Virus record (IMG/VR): IMGVR_UViG_3300021373_000198
Coordinates: 1-57,201 of that record
Strand: one strand, 5' to 3'
DNA length: 57,201 bases
Origin: a virus
Lineage: Duplodnaviria; Caudoviricetes
Under the pieces are notes generated by a model. It had not been told where the DNA came from. It did not search any database and saw nothing but the letters and a program-made list of their open reading frames with translations. Shown in pieces: positions 37,312 through 46,608 of the stretch; the stretch's first letter is position 1, and every line of letters starts with the position of its first letter. The position numbers and the translations under genes were made by a program.

Positions 37312-37956
37312 TTAGAGATTTGAGAGGAAGTGCTCAAACACCTGTAGTGTTCTTGCTTCCAACTCTCTTCTCGATGATTCATTAATGTGTCTTTGATATT
37401 TAGCAACAGTTTTCTCCTGGAGAATACCGTTGTCCCATACCCATTCCTTACCTTCCATAATGCCGTTTACAAATGCATCAGGGGCGGAAGGATCTGCAAC
37501 AATATCTGCTGCAGTTGCAAGCATGAAATCATCCATGACATAGTTAGCATTCTCTTGGCGATCAATACTACCCATACCACGGGAAGAAACTCCTAACTTC
37601 ACACCTTCCTCAAGCAGGGACTTCGCAATGCTACCCATTGGTGTAGCAAGAATCTGTGCCTTGCCAATGAAGTTATTGCCTTCTGCTTTCAGAGATGTAA
37701 TTCTGTGTGACACACGATCAAGATTCACAGTTGGTCCATCGGGATGTCCAAGCTCTCCCAGAGCACGTCCTGTTTTGACGTACTCTTCGTTGTAACGATT
37801 AACTTCCTTTTCTAAAACAGAGAAAGGATAGATGCGACCGTTACGATTCTTGATTTCGGATTGCAAGAATACACCCTCAATGTAGAGGTTCTTCTTACCA
37901 TCCTTTTCCTCGGTAAGGATTTGGATGTCCTCGATGTTTTCTGTGATAAGTTTCAT
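37312..37956 (-). CDS. gp21: Prohead protease
   Basis: KNRNGRIY, ALGELGHP, GVSSRGMGS, DIVADPSAP. Confidence 0.96.
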   Translation of the reverse strand: MKLITENIEDIQILTEEKDGKKNLYIEGVFLQSEIKNRNGRIYPFSVLEKEVNRYNEEYVKTGRALGELGHPDGPTVNLDRVSHRITSLKAEGNNFIGKAQILATPMGSIAKSLLEEGVKLGVSSRGMGSIDRQENANYVMDDFMLATAADIVADPSAPDAFVNGIMEGKEWVWDNGILQEKTVAKYQRHINESSRRELEARTLQVFEHFLSNL

Positions 37957-38147
37957 TCTTCTGCCGATGGTTCGTCCCCAGTAGGTTCATCAAAATATGA
38001 TGAGGCTACTGTTTGTTTGTACGTGTCGATAACGTCGGATGCCTTTGAATAAAGATAGTCATTGATTTTATCCAACGCTTCTCCGCGTTTTTTGTCTGCG
38101 ATTAGATCAACAATGTCAACCAATTCAGATTCTAATGGTGTATCCAT
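37953..38147 (-). CDS. Small prohead core protein (gp67/gp68-like position)
   Basis: 64-aa acidic ORF between g20 and g21; AATAAATA at 38176-38183. Confidence 0.7.
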   Translation of the reverse strand: MDTPLESELVDIVDLIADKKRGEALDKINDYLYSKASDVIDTYKQTVASSYFDEPTGDEPSAEE

Positions 38148-38174
38148 ACTATTAAAATTATCCGTAGATATGAA

Positions 38175-39872
38175 TTATTTATTAGACTTTGGTTTTGAAG
38201 CGGTGGGAGCGGGCTTTAATTTTTCCATCTCTTTCGCTTTTTCCAGTTCACGATCCGCAGAATCAGATGCCTGCTGCGCTGTAATCTCTGGTTGATAAGC
38301 AGAGTTTTGCTTGTCCATCATGTCCAGAGTATTAACATCAACAGGATCAATTGCCATACCTGAATCAATATCAGAACGCATCTGCTTATCAATTTCTTTA
38401 TACTCTTTCTCGGTCTGCATGAGAACCTGACGGCGGATATACTCTGAAGAGAAATACTTACCAACAAAAGGATCCATCTGTGTAACGAGAGTGATGCGCT
38501 GCATCATCATCTCTTGTTCCTTTAATTCATTGAAATGATTGTCAAACAGGAAGTCATACTGGATATGCTCTTCCATCTCATCCCAGTCATCGGGTGTGAT
38601 AATACCCTTGAGGATCAGTTGAGTCTTTAGAATATCGTGGAAGAGTGAAGAGAAACGCTTGCGGAGACGACCGATGAACTTACTAAACTTCAGTTCGTCG
38701 CGCAGAATCTCTGTGGTCTTTCCAAGGTTGAATGCCTTGTTATCGTCTGTCAGACGAGATGGTGGCAGGTTTAGGGAGTTGTATAGTTTCTTTCTGAAAT
38801 ACTCAACGTCCTTAAGTTCGCCAAGGTTCTGTCCGCCAGGTAGAGTAGAGATCTCGGTTCCTCTACCACCTTCGCGGCGAGGAAGCCAGAAGTCTTCCAG
38901 CATACTCATATGCTTTTTGTCATCACGAATTTCCCCAGTGGCAGCATCGTAAACAAGCTTGTTGCGATAACGCGCCATCACATCACGGAGATACTGCTCC
39001 GCTTTTACTTTAGGTAGATTGCCGACATCGATGTAAAAAATTCTACGTTCTGGAGCACGGGACAATCTGTAGATAACAAGAGAGTCTTCAATCATACGCA
39101 GTTGATTGAGAGACTTGATTGCTTTGTGTAAGAAACTCAACTGATACTTCTTGTTCAGATCCATCACACCAGAGTTACAAGTGGCGATAGAATCAGAAGC
39201 AATTTTAATACCGTTGTTGGTCGAGAAGTCTGATGCACTATTGCTAGGCATACCCATCGAACCAGAGAATCCTTTGGGATTGTAGAGATAGTAATCTACA
39301 TAGTCTCCCCAATCATATTCTAATGCCGTGCCTCGTACCAGATTGGGATTAGCAGCAGCAGTTGGATTGGTGATCTTTTGGCGAACCTTGCGGATCTTTA
39401 GTGGATCAATGTAGCGCAGTTCAAGAATACCTTTTCTGGGGTTGTCTAAATCTACTACTTTGTGGTAATATGTACGACCATCAACATACCAATTACGAAT
39501 AATCTGGTGAGCATTCTTGTCGAAGTTGATCATCTTTTTGATACGATCAAATTCATCTCTAATTTTTTTCTTGACGCCTGCTCCGATGTCAAGATTAGAC
39601 AGTTCAATCTCAACGGGACTATCATCAGCATCGCTGACAACAAACTCGTTCACAATCTCGTCGATAGCAGTATCGACTTCTGGATGAAGTGACATGTCGC
39701 GATATCTTTTGATGAGTTCATACTCATTCTTGGAGACACCTTCGACATCTACGTATGTACCAAAATAGCCACCTGCTACGGTGGCTACGCTGTCATCACT
39801 ATTAGGAGGGATAGGGGATTGACCCCTATCCTCCTTTCCTTTGTTGATTAGAAAACCAAACAGTTGACTCAT
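38175..39872 (-). CDS. gp20: Portal vertex protein
   Basis: WYVDGR, RAPERRIFYIDVGNLPK, EDFWLPRREGGRGTEI; GATAAATA at 39901-39908. Confidence 0.97.
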   Translation of the reverse strand: MSQLFGFLINKGKEDRGQSPIPPNSDDSVATVAGGYFGTYVDVEGVSKNEYELIKRYRDMSLHPEVDTAIDEIVNEFVVSDADDSPVEIELSNLDIGAGVKKKIRDEFDRIKKMINFDKNAHQIIRNWYVDGRTYYHKVVDLDNPRKGILELRYIDPLKIRKVRQKITNPTAAANPNLVRGTALEYDWGDYVDYYLYNPKGFSGSMGMPSNSASDFSTNNGIKIASDSIATCNSGVMDLNKKYQLSFLHKAIKSLNQLRMIEDSLVIYRLSRAPERRIFYIDVGNLPKVKAEQYLRDVMARYRNKLVYDAATGEIRDDKKHMSMLEDFWLPRREGGRGTEISTLPGGQNLGELKDVEYFRKKLYNSLNLPPSRLTDDNKAFNLGKTTEILRDELKFSKFIGRLRKRFSSLFHDILKTQLILKGIITPDDWDEMEEHIQYDFLFDNHFNELKEQEMMMQRITLVTQMDPFVGKYFSSEYIRRQVLMQTEKEYKEIDKQMRSDIDSGMAIDPVDVNTLDMMDKQNSAYQPEITAQQASDSADRELEKAKEMEKLKPAPTASKPKSNK

Positions 39873-39906
39873 GATTAATTAAACAGTACCCTTGATGTAC
39901 TATTTA

Positions 39907-40530
39907 TCAGGCTTCAATTCTGATGCCGCTGCCTGCTGGGTCTGCTGATGCACCACTAGTGATTGCGCTAGCGGAAGGATCTACTGCCTTCCAGTATGAA
40001 TACTGGAACTCAACTGTGAATTCTTCGATCTGATCGTTGCTGTCATAAGCAAGATCAATTTGAGAAACGCTAGTTGGGAAAGCGTGAAGTAGATCATACT
40101 GACGTAAGACACTACCAGCTTCGGTGCTGTCCTTACGAAGTTGCTTGACACCCAATGTTGCCATGTAACCTTCGCTATTGTTTGGTTTAAACAGTGGCGA
40201 GTTGTTGGTTTCGTGAGTGTTGATTTGCTCCAACCACTTCTCGAAGTAAGCGCGAAGCTTGAACTCTCTGTCGTTGAAGAATGTTGCGGACCATGTATCG
40301 AAAGTGCGATCACCAGCAATCTTGACTGTTCTTCCTCTGAAAGGAACCTCAATCACTCCCAGGTTTGATGCTGGGAGTGCTGCGGACTTACAGAGGAGGT
40401 TTACTAAATCTAGATCATCGCTCTTCGGTGCGTTTGCCAATGTTTGTGGCCAATTAATATCGACCGCAAACATATTAGGCTTAACGCCTTCACCAATTTT
40501 AGTTAGAAAATCGTTTAATTTAGTTGCCAT
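39907..40530 (-). CDS. gp19: Tail tube protein
   Basis: LCKSAALPAS, VPFRGR...AGDRTF, IEEFTVEFQY. Confidence 0.95.
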   Translation of the reverse strand: MATKLNDFLTKIGEGVKPNMFAVDINWPQTLANAPKSDDLDLVNLLCKSAALPASNLGVIEVPFRGRTVKIAGDRTFDTWSATFFNDREFKLRAYFEKWLEQINTHETNNSPLFKPNNSEGYMATLGVKQLRKDSTEAGSVLRQYDLLHAFPTSVSQIDLAYDSNDQIEEFTVEFQYSYWKAVDPSASAITSGASADPAGSGIRIEA

Positions 40531-40558
40531 TTTAGTTTACCTCTTGTGTGTGATTATA

Positions 40559-42982
40559 TCAGCGACCGACTACTTCAGCAAACGTGACACCAGTCTTCGT
40601 TGCTGTGAAGGTTACGGTGATGTAGTTAATTGAGCGAGTTGGCTTAACGAAGAGTTCAGCGACAAACTCGTTACGATCAATTACATCTGGGGTGTTGTTG
40701 GACTCATCACATACCACAAGGAAATCAGTTACGCCGCGACGTGCCTGAACTTCTGCCAGATAGCTGTTAACAGCAGAGGCAAAAGCAGAACGAGTTGTCG
40801 CATCGTTTTGCTCAAATAGAACTCCTTTTGCGAGATCACCAACTCTCTTCTCAAGATTGAGGAAGAGGCGACGAACGTTGATACGATCGAACGCTGAAGG
40901 TGATGCAAGAGCAGTCTTGTCTCCAAACAGAGTGACTCCACTACCAGGGAAAATAACCACAGGGTTAATTCTGTTCATGTAGAGTTCGTCTCTGTCTGCT
41001 TTGCTTGGATTGTAAGCAAGCTTGATTGCGTTACGAAGTGAACCTCTGTTGACGCCAGCAGGTGAATACCAGTCATCTAGGAGAGCTGAAGTGTTAACGC
41101 AAAGACCTGCAACGTCGCCGTTGCAAGGGATGTAGCGGTACTTATCGTTGAAACGATCGTAGTAATACTTATAACCGCTATCAAATACTGCATATGAAGT
41201 AGAAGTCATTCCGTTGAAGAAGTTCAGTGTGTTCTCCTTCTGTTGGAATGCGGTGAGGACACCAGCACTACCTACTTGGTTTGCTTTATGTGGTGAAACA
41301 AAAGCAACACAGTCTTTTCTTGCAGCAGCAATAGAGATTACTTTATTTGCTTTTGCTTTTGTATCAGTCTCGGTTGAGAGAGAACCTCCCATGAGTAGGA
41401 AGTTGATATCAACTAGTTCTGTATCCGCAAACTCATCAAATGCAGTCTCAATTTCCGATGCTGTATAAGCATAATCATCAGCACCACCTTGTAGTGTTGC
41501 TTCTAACTTACCAACCAATTGGAATGCATCTCCAGAAGTTAGAGCACTGGAGTCTGAACCTAGTGCTACACCAGCACCAGAACTAGAAGGATTCCAAGCA
41601 GCAGCAGGAGCAGTGCCATTGAAGATAGCAATTGATTGATCGTTGATTAAATCTTTGAAGTAGTTAGCAGCATTTTCTGCACTTCTACCATCAGAGAGTT
41701 TTGAACCATAGAGGACTCTTTCGACGACTGTGTTAGCAGCACCGCTGTATACACCAGTTACATCAACAACAGCAACGTGAATCTCGTCATACTTAAGACC
41801 TTTTTCTTCAGCATACTGTGAAGTGCCAGGACGAGGACCGATAGCCGATAGAGTAAGACCAGTTGATCCGATCTGGGTTGTGGTGTACCAATCTCTTACA
41901 GCAGAGATAGTAATTTGACCGTCAACTACAGTTGCAATTTCGAATGTAGCATCTCCACCGCCACCAGCAATCGTGATGGTATCACCAACAACGTAACCTA
42001 CACCAGCGTTGTTAATGACTGCAGATGCAACTCCACCCTCTACTGAAGCTACAGTAAATGTTGCGTTGTTATCGCCAGCAGCAATTGTTAGTGTATCGCC
42101 AACAGTATAACCAGTACCACCACTATTAATAGCGATGCTAGTTACAGAACCAGCAGTTGCAACTACGTCTACAGTAGCATTAGATCCAGTACCACCAGTT
42201 GTTGCTAATCCAGTTTGGGTGATATAAGAACTACCACCAGCACCACCAGAAAGAGTAAGAATAGTACCAACAGTAACTGTAGTATCAACCGTTAGACCAG
42301 ATCCTTGACCACCAGTAGTAGCAACTGCCGTAGCTGACTGATAACCAGTACCAGCAACAAATGTTCCGATAGTTGCTGTAATACCAATTTCTGGTGAATC
42401 TAGAGAATCGGATGTAGTTAGTCTAGATGTGGGGTCATCAAGAATAACAGCAGCCGTCTTACTTGCTGCATCCCACGAATAAACAGTACCAGTTTTTCCG
42501 CCAACAAAAGTTAGCGTATCGCCCATAGCAATTGAAGCAGGGGTATTTGATAGAGTTACATACTGATCAGCACCACGGTCAACAAAAACAACCTTAAGAT
42601 CATTTGCCCATTTACCTGCAGATCTTGCTACGAGGAAATTTCCGTTTCCGTTACCTGCTTCCCAGTCTTCATCATTTCTAACAATGACTGCTGTTCCAGT
42701 ATCTGTTGCGCTATTTACTCCAGTGGCAGCACGTACCACATTTAACCTTCCGCCATAGTTGAGGAATTCTGAAGCAACGAACCAATCTTCTGCATTTTGT
42801 TCAGCAGGAGCACCAAAAATAGAAAGAAGTTCTTTCTGTGAACTGATAGGTGTTGGCTTTCCAATAGGACCCTTTTGGAAAGTTGATGCAACACCAGCAG
42901 TAATTGTGGATGCGCCGACGATGACAGCATTAGATAAGTCGCGTTCCTTTAGAACGATTCCAGGCGAGACTTGACTTGCCAT
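40559..42982 (-). CDS. gp18: Tail sheath protein with Gly/Thr-rich insertion
   Basis: SPGIVLKERD, RKDCVAFVSP, WYSPAG, FDRINVRRLF, KPTRSINYI; AATAAATA at 43020-43027. Confidence 0.96.
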   Translation of the reverse strand: MASQVSPGIVLKERDLSNAVIVGASTITAGVASTFQKGPIGKPTPISSQKELLSIFGAPAEQNAEDWFVASEFLNYGGRLNVVRAATGVNSATDTGTAVIVRNDEDWEAGNGNGNFLVARSAGKWANDLKVVFVDRGADQYVTLSNTPASIAMGDTLTFVGGKTGTVYSWDAASKTAAVILDDPTSRLTTSDSLDSPEIGITATIGTFVAGTGYQSATAVATTGGQGSGLTVDTTVTVGTILTLSGGAGGSSYITQTGLATTGGTGSNATVDVVATAGSVTSIAINSGGTGYTVGDTLTIAAGDNNATFTVASVEGGVASAVINNAGVGYVVGDTITIAGGGGDATFEIATVVDGQITISAVRDWYTTTQIGSTGLTLSAIGPRPGTSQYAEEKGLKYDEIHVAVVDVTGVYSGAANTVVERVLYGSKLSDGRSAENAANYFKDLINDQSIAIFNGTAPAAAWNPSSSGAGVALGSDSSALTSGDAFQLVGKLEATLQGGADDYAYTASEIETAFDEFADTELVDINFLLMGGSLSTETDTKAKANKVISIAAARKDCVAFVSPHKANQVGSAGVLTAFQQKENTLNFFNGMTSTSYAVFDSGYKYYYDRFNDKYRYIPCNGDVAGLCVNTSALLDDWYSPAGVNRGSLRNAIKLAYNPSKADRDELYMNRINPVVIFPGSGVTLFGDKTALASPSAFDRINVRRLFLNLEKRVGDLAKGVLFEQNDATTRSAFASAVNSYLAEVQARRGVTDFLVVCDESNNTPDVIDRNEFVAELFVKPTRSINYITVTFTATKTGVTFAEVVGR

Positions 42983-43067
42983 GTTTAACTCCTGTAAGTT
43001 ACCAAACTTGATCTAAAAATATTTATTATTTCTACTCTCTCAAGTGGGGAAACAATGCATGAACACT

Positions 43068-43295
43068 CTACCAGTCAGGATATTCCCATTTATCAAAAAC
43101 AGCATTGGTCATCCTACTCAATACTATTCTTTTTTTAGTACAGTCTTTACACTCATATGAATATGCTGAAGAAGAAGTTCTATCTTTGCGAGTTCTATAA
43201 AAATCTACAAGAATGTCTTTCTTGACACCACAAGTTCTGCACTTTCTTTCTTTGAAAATAAGATGGTCTAAATCGAAAAGATCTTCTACGTCCAT
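43068..43295 (-). CDS. Small zinc-finger-like hypothetical protein
   Basis: CRTC...YECKDC; ATG 43295 in a TAATG overlap with g17. Confidence 0.7.
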   Translation of the reverse strand: MDVEDLFDLDHLIFKERKCRTCGVKKDILVDFYRTRKDRTSSSAYSYECKDCTKKRIVLSRMTNAVFDKWEYPDW

Positions 43296-44944
43296 TAGAT
43301 ACTCCACATATAACTAACGTCTTCTTGCGTTTCGCCATATTCCCAAACAGATCCTTGATCTACGAATCCATCATCACCTTCTAACCCAGTAGTGATAAAT
43401 CCAAATGGTGCCATGTCTTGTTCGATCTGATTACGCTGTTCGTCATAGATACGCTTACGAACATCATTATCAGTCATCTCTTTGAAGTAATCTTGCTGAA
43501 CAAGCCATGCAAAGATTACCATACACATTACTAGGTCATCATGGAATCCTTCATCCGCTTCAAAGGATTGCTTCTTCTGAATAAACGTAGTAAGTTCGTT
43601 AATGATTTCATAGTCATTGAAGATGAGTTTGTCATCCTCTACGATCTGCTTGAGGTTGGCACATCCAACCTTCTTCACAGTCACGCTCATCTTCACACCC
43701 AACTGGGTCTTGGTTCCAGAGAATCCATGCCCCACAATCTGCCCTGCACGCCCTCTCATGGCGCACATAAGCACGTTAGGATATTCTAGGTCATAATTTA
43801 GAATCGACGCCACAGAGTCTCCTACGTCGTTCACCTCGCACAAAACCCATGCATTATTGTACGCTCTCGCAACGTCATTGATAATGTTTGGGAACAACAT
43901 AGGCTTGACCTCATTGTTCCTATATTTTGCTACTACCCTATATGGAACCGTAGTAATGTCATAAACAATGAAAGCAGAATAATCTCCGCCAATGCCGCGA
44001 CTAACATCAACTGTAAAAAGATACTCGTTACCGTTCTTTGGTTCTTCATAAATGTCGAGTCCATTACTACGCTTCACTGGGTCAATGAATGTGAGTGCTC
44101 TCAACTTTGCAGCAGAGATTAAAGTATCAACCGATCCAAGGAACTCACACTCAAATTCCTGTGTGAACTGTCGTTCAGACGTGTTCTTAATCGTTTCTTC
44201 TTTCCACTTATCATCTCTACCTGGGACTTGTGACCAGTGTACTTCCGACCACGTATATCCGTTCTTACCATTCTGTGCATCAGTCCACAACTTGTAGAAG
44301 TGGTTCATGCCTTGTGGCGTTGAGATGATAATTACTTTCGTGCTTTTACCAGAAGTAATAGTAGGATAAACAGAGGCAAAGAACGATTCAGCGATGTGAT
44401 TAGGGACGAACGCGAACTCGTCGAGGAAGATGATATTGAACGACATGCCTCGGACAGCAGACGCAGATGTAGAAGCTGCCAATATCTTACTGCCATTTTC
44501 CAACTCCATGCTACCTTTGTTCCATGATATCACGCCTTGCTGAATCCATTTCGGTAAGTTTTCATATGCTGTCTGAAGACGACCGAGTAGATCCCTTGCG
44601 GTACTTGCTTTGTTGGCGAGGATACCAATGTTAACGCTGTCATTAAACAACGCATAATGCAACAAATACGAAACCACCGTCGTAGACTTGCCAGTCTGAC
44701 GAGGTAGCTTCGCAATGTTAAATCTATTCTTGTGAAAGTTCCAGATCAGTTCCTCTTGGAAGTCCCACATTTTGAATGGCACCAGACCTTCATCGAGTGA
44801 TACGATCTGTACATAGTTCTTGGTGAAGTATACAGGGTCTTTCGCACACTTGACATACTCTGCAATCTGTTCTTTGGTAAAATCCTGCTGGACGTTTGCT
44901 TTCTTTAGAAGCGGATTGCCAAGATAAATCTGATCGGATGCCAT
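43295..44944 (-). CDS. gp17: Terminase large subunit
   Basis: PRQTGKST, FLDEFAF, ISTPQG, QEFECEF, VDVSRG, HDDLVM; AATAAATA at 44966-44973. Confidence 0.97.
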   Translation of the reverse strand: MASDQIYLGNPLLKKANVQQDFTKEQIAEYVKCAKDPVYFTKNYVQIVSLDEGLVPFKMWDFQEELIWNFHKNRFNIAKLPRQTGKSTTVVSYLLHYALFNDSVNIGILANKASTARDLLGRLQTAYENLPKWIQQGVISWNKGSMELENGSKILAASTSASAVRGMSFNIIFLDEFAFVPNHIAESFFASVYPTITSGKSTKVIIISTPQGMNHFYKLWTDAQNGKNGYTWSEVHWSQVPGRDDKWKEETIKNTSERQFTQEFECEFLGSVDTLISAAKLRALTFIDPVKRSNGLDIYEEPKNGNEYLFTVDVSRGIGGDYSAFIVYDITTVPYRVVAKYRNNEVKPMLFPNIINDVARAYNNAWVLCEVNDVGDSVASILNYDLEYPNVLMCAMRGRAGQIVGHGFSGTKTQLGVKMSVTVKKVGCANLKQIVEDDKLIFNDYEIINELTTFIQKKQSFEADEGFHDDLVMCMVIFAWLVQQDYFKEMTDNDVRKRIYDEQRNQIEQDMAPFGFITTGLEGDDGFVDQGSVWEYGETQEDVSYMWSI

Positions 44945-44968
44945 AAGAAACTAGTTCACCACTACTAT

Positions 44969-45220
44969 TTATTCCAGCGGATGATCTTGATCAAGTTGCT
45001 CCAAACGATCTTCCCATGTTGTGCCACCATCTTGTCCCTTGCAAGGATTAATGCATTGGTGGTTTCCTAACTTGTTACACACAAGACCAGCAAGATCAAG
45101 TTCGTTTCCTTTCTTGCCTGTGCCAGACCAGTAATGTTGACCGTTAATCCAAACAGCACCACACTTTGGACATTCTGCTCTGCTCATAGACAGATCAGAC
45201 ATTTCTTTATTGTTTGCCAT
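44969..45220 (-). CDS. Small Cys-rich hypothetical protein
   Basis: Start at ATG 45220; CPKCGAVWINGQHYW...LAGLVCN...CINPC. Confidence 0.7.
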   Translation of the reverse strand: MANNKEMSDLSMSRAECPKCGAVWINGQHYWSGTGKKGNELDLAGLVCNKLGNHQCINPCKGQDGGTTWEDRLEQLDQDHPLE

Positions 45221-45422
45221 ATGTTTTGTAATGTTCCGAGAAACTTGTGGGTTTGATACCAAGCTCTTTTTCCAACTTTCTTCTTAAGAAGTATGCTCTA
45301 AAAATTACCCAGTGCCAACGTAACTCGATATCAACATAGGCAAAAAATCTCATCGTTGGTTCTACTCCTCCTACAGCGAAGAGGATGAGAACGAAGACGA
45401 GAATTAAATATGTGCCATACAT
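45207..45422 (-). CDS. Small membrane-anchored hypothetical protein
   Basis: N-terminal YLILVFVLILFAVGG. Confidence 0.65.
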   Translation of the reverse strand: MYGTYLILVFVLILFAVGGVEPTMRFFAYVDIELRWHWVIFRAYFLRRKLEKELGIKPTSFSEHYKTYGKQ

Positions 45423-45528
45423 TCTGTTACATCCAGCTACAATACATTATAGATCTATGTAGCAAAAAATGTTGTAAATTTATATTACAATTTAATAAGT
45501 ATGTCTTTACATGCTGATAATATATTGA

Positions 45529-45990
45529 TTACTCAACGAGAGTTCCGTTGGTACGTCTGATTTCTAGTAGTTCTTCAAAGTTCTTTTGCTTGGTGCCGCC
45601 ATCATATTCCCAAGCGTAACCTTCTGTAATCATTTGCTCATTGAGGGACAACTCTGCGTCCCCAATGTAAAGCCAACCCAGAAGACGCCCATACTTCCCA
45701 ACACCGCCGACAAGTTCAGTACGGATAACAAGATCATCGTCACCAGAAATGGCACCTTCCAGTTTTTCTTTGAGCCATCTGGTTGCGTCGAGTCCAAGTG
45801 CTTTCTCCTCTAAATCTCTTGTACGTTTCTCTGGGGTATCTACACCTGCAACTCTGACCCTCTCTTTTTTGTAGAGGTCAAAACCGAGATCAATCGTGAC
45901 ATCGATCGTATCCCCATCCAACACTCTATCTATGCTTATCACTCGGAAGTTGTAACAACTCTTCCTGCTGGGTGGTGTCATCGCTCCCAT
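45529..45990 (-). CDS. Thermonuclease (SNase-like) family nuclease
   Basis: RVLDGDTIDV, RVRVAGVDTPE, KYGRLLG, LNEQMITEGYA. Confidence 0.88.
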   Translation of the reverse strand: MGAMTPPSRKSCYNFRVISIDRVLDGDTIDVTIDLGFDLYKKERVRVAGVDTPEKRTRDLEEKALGLDATRWLKEKLEGAISGDDDLVIRTELVGGVGKYGRLLGWLYIGDAELSLNEQMITEGYAWEYDGGTKQKNFEELLEIRRTNGTLVE

Positions 45991-46126
45991 CTTCTAGTTC
46001 CTCGTATGCTAATTTCATAATTGTATATATGTAATAAGCAACGCCCCCCAAAAGAAGAACGAGTGACCAGATAATACTCCAGGTCACATCGTTTACATCT
46101 TCCAGGGGGCGTAAAAATAAATTCAT
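45926..46126 (-). CDS. Small single-pass membrane protein
   Basis: WSIIWSLVLLLGGVAYYIY. Confidence 0.65.
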   Translation of the reverse strand: MNLFLRPLEDVNDVTWSIIWSLVLLLGGVAYYIYTIMKLAYEELEDGSDDTTQQEELLQLPSDKHR

Positions 46127-46266
46127 GGATTCTTCGGATCAATTCCTAAACTAATTAGGTATTTAATCCACCAGTCTGGATCTTTTCGTTTCCATTCTGG
46201 AACATCTCTACCTTGCTCTGAATACCATTCATACAGAGCATCATTGATAGTCTGTGCGATCTCCAA
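46123..46266 (-). CDS. Small hypothetical protein
   Basis: Probable TTG start at 46266 with GGAGG upstream (ATG 46284 is an alternative); EIAQTINDALYEWY...DPDWWIKYLISLGIDPKNP. Confidence 0.55.
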   Translation of the reverse strand: MEIAQTINDALYEWYSEQGRDVPEWKRKDPDWWIKYLISLGIDPKNP

Positions 46267-46450
46267 ATTCTTCTTCCTCCGCATCAACGTCTGCATATGG
46301 ATTTTCCAAGAAGGGTCCTCGTTCTCGTAGAGGTTCTTTTCTGACATAATCAGTCTCCTCGTTTACTGCTTCAATCCAAACAGCAAGTTTCATCACTATG
46401 AAAATAATTGCTAATGGAGTAAAGCAACCAATTAAGATAAGTGGATTCAT
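46241..46450 (-). CDS. Small single-pass membrane protein with acidic tail
   Basis: LILIGCFTPLAIIFIVMKLAVWI. Confidence 0.65.
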   Translation of the reverse strand: MNPLILIGCFTPLAIIFIVMKLAVWIEAVNEETDYVRKEPLRERGPFLENPYADVDAEEEEFGDRTDYQ

Positions 46451-46608
46451 TTGTGGCTCCTATGAAAAGGTTCCCAGTGCTCCCAATTATATTTATGGAC
46501 TGCCCACATACCTAGAATAGGAACGAATACAAGAAGAAACCCCATGACACCAAGGCACCAAGGAGTTTGCATCGTTGCTCTGATGAACAATTGAACATTA
46601 TGTATCAT
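46447..46608 (-). CDS. Small single-pass membrane protein (53 aa)
   Basis: ATG 46608 in an ATGA overlap with the zwf stop; WCLGVMGFLLVFVPILGMWAVHKYNWEHWEPF. Confidence 0.65.
   Translation of the reverse strand: MIHNVQLFIRATMQTPWCLGVMGFLLVFVPILGMWAVHKYNWEHWEPFHRSHK

Noticed and set aside
214-44944. Introns or inteins in nrdA, nrdB, g41, g43, g17 or g20
   Set aside because: All are continuous ORFs of ordinary length with no visible splicing or endonuclease inserts.
45474-45488. Possible NtcA box
   Set aside because: Spacing is GTA-N9-TAC rather than the canonical N8; kept only as an unassigned palindrome.
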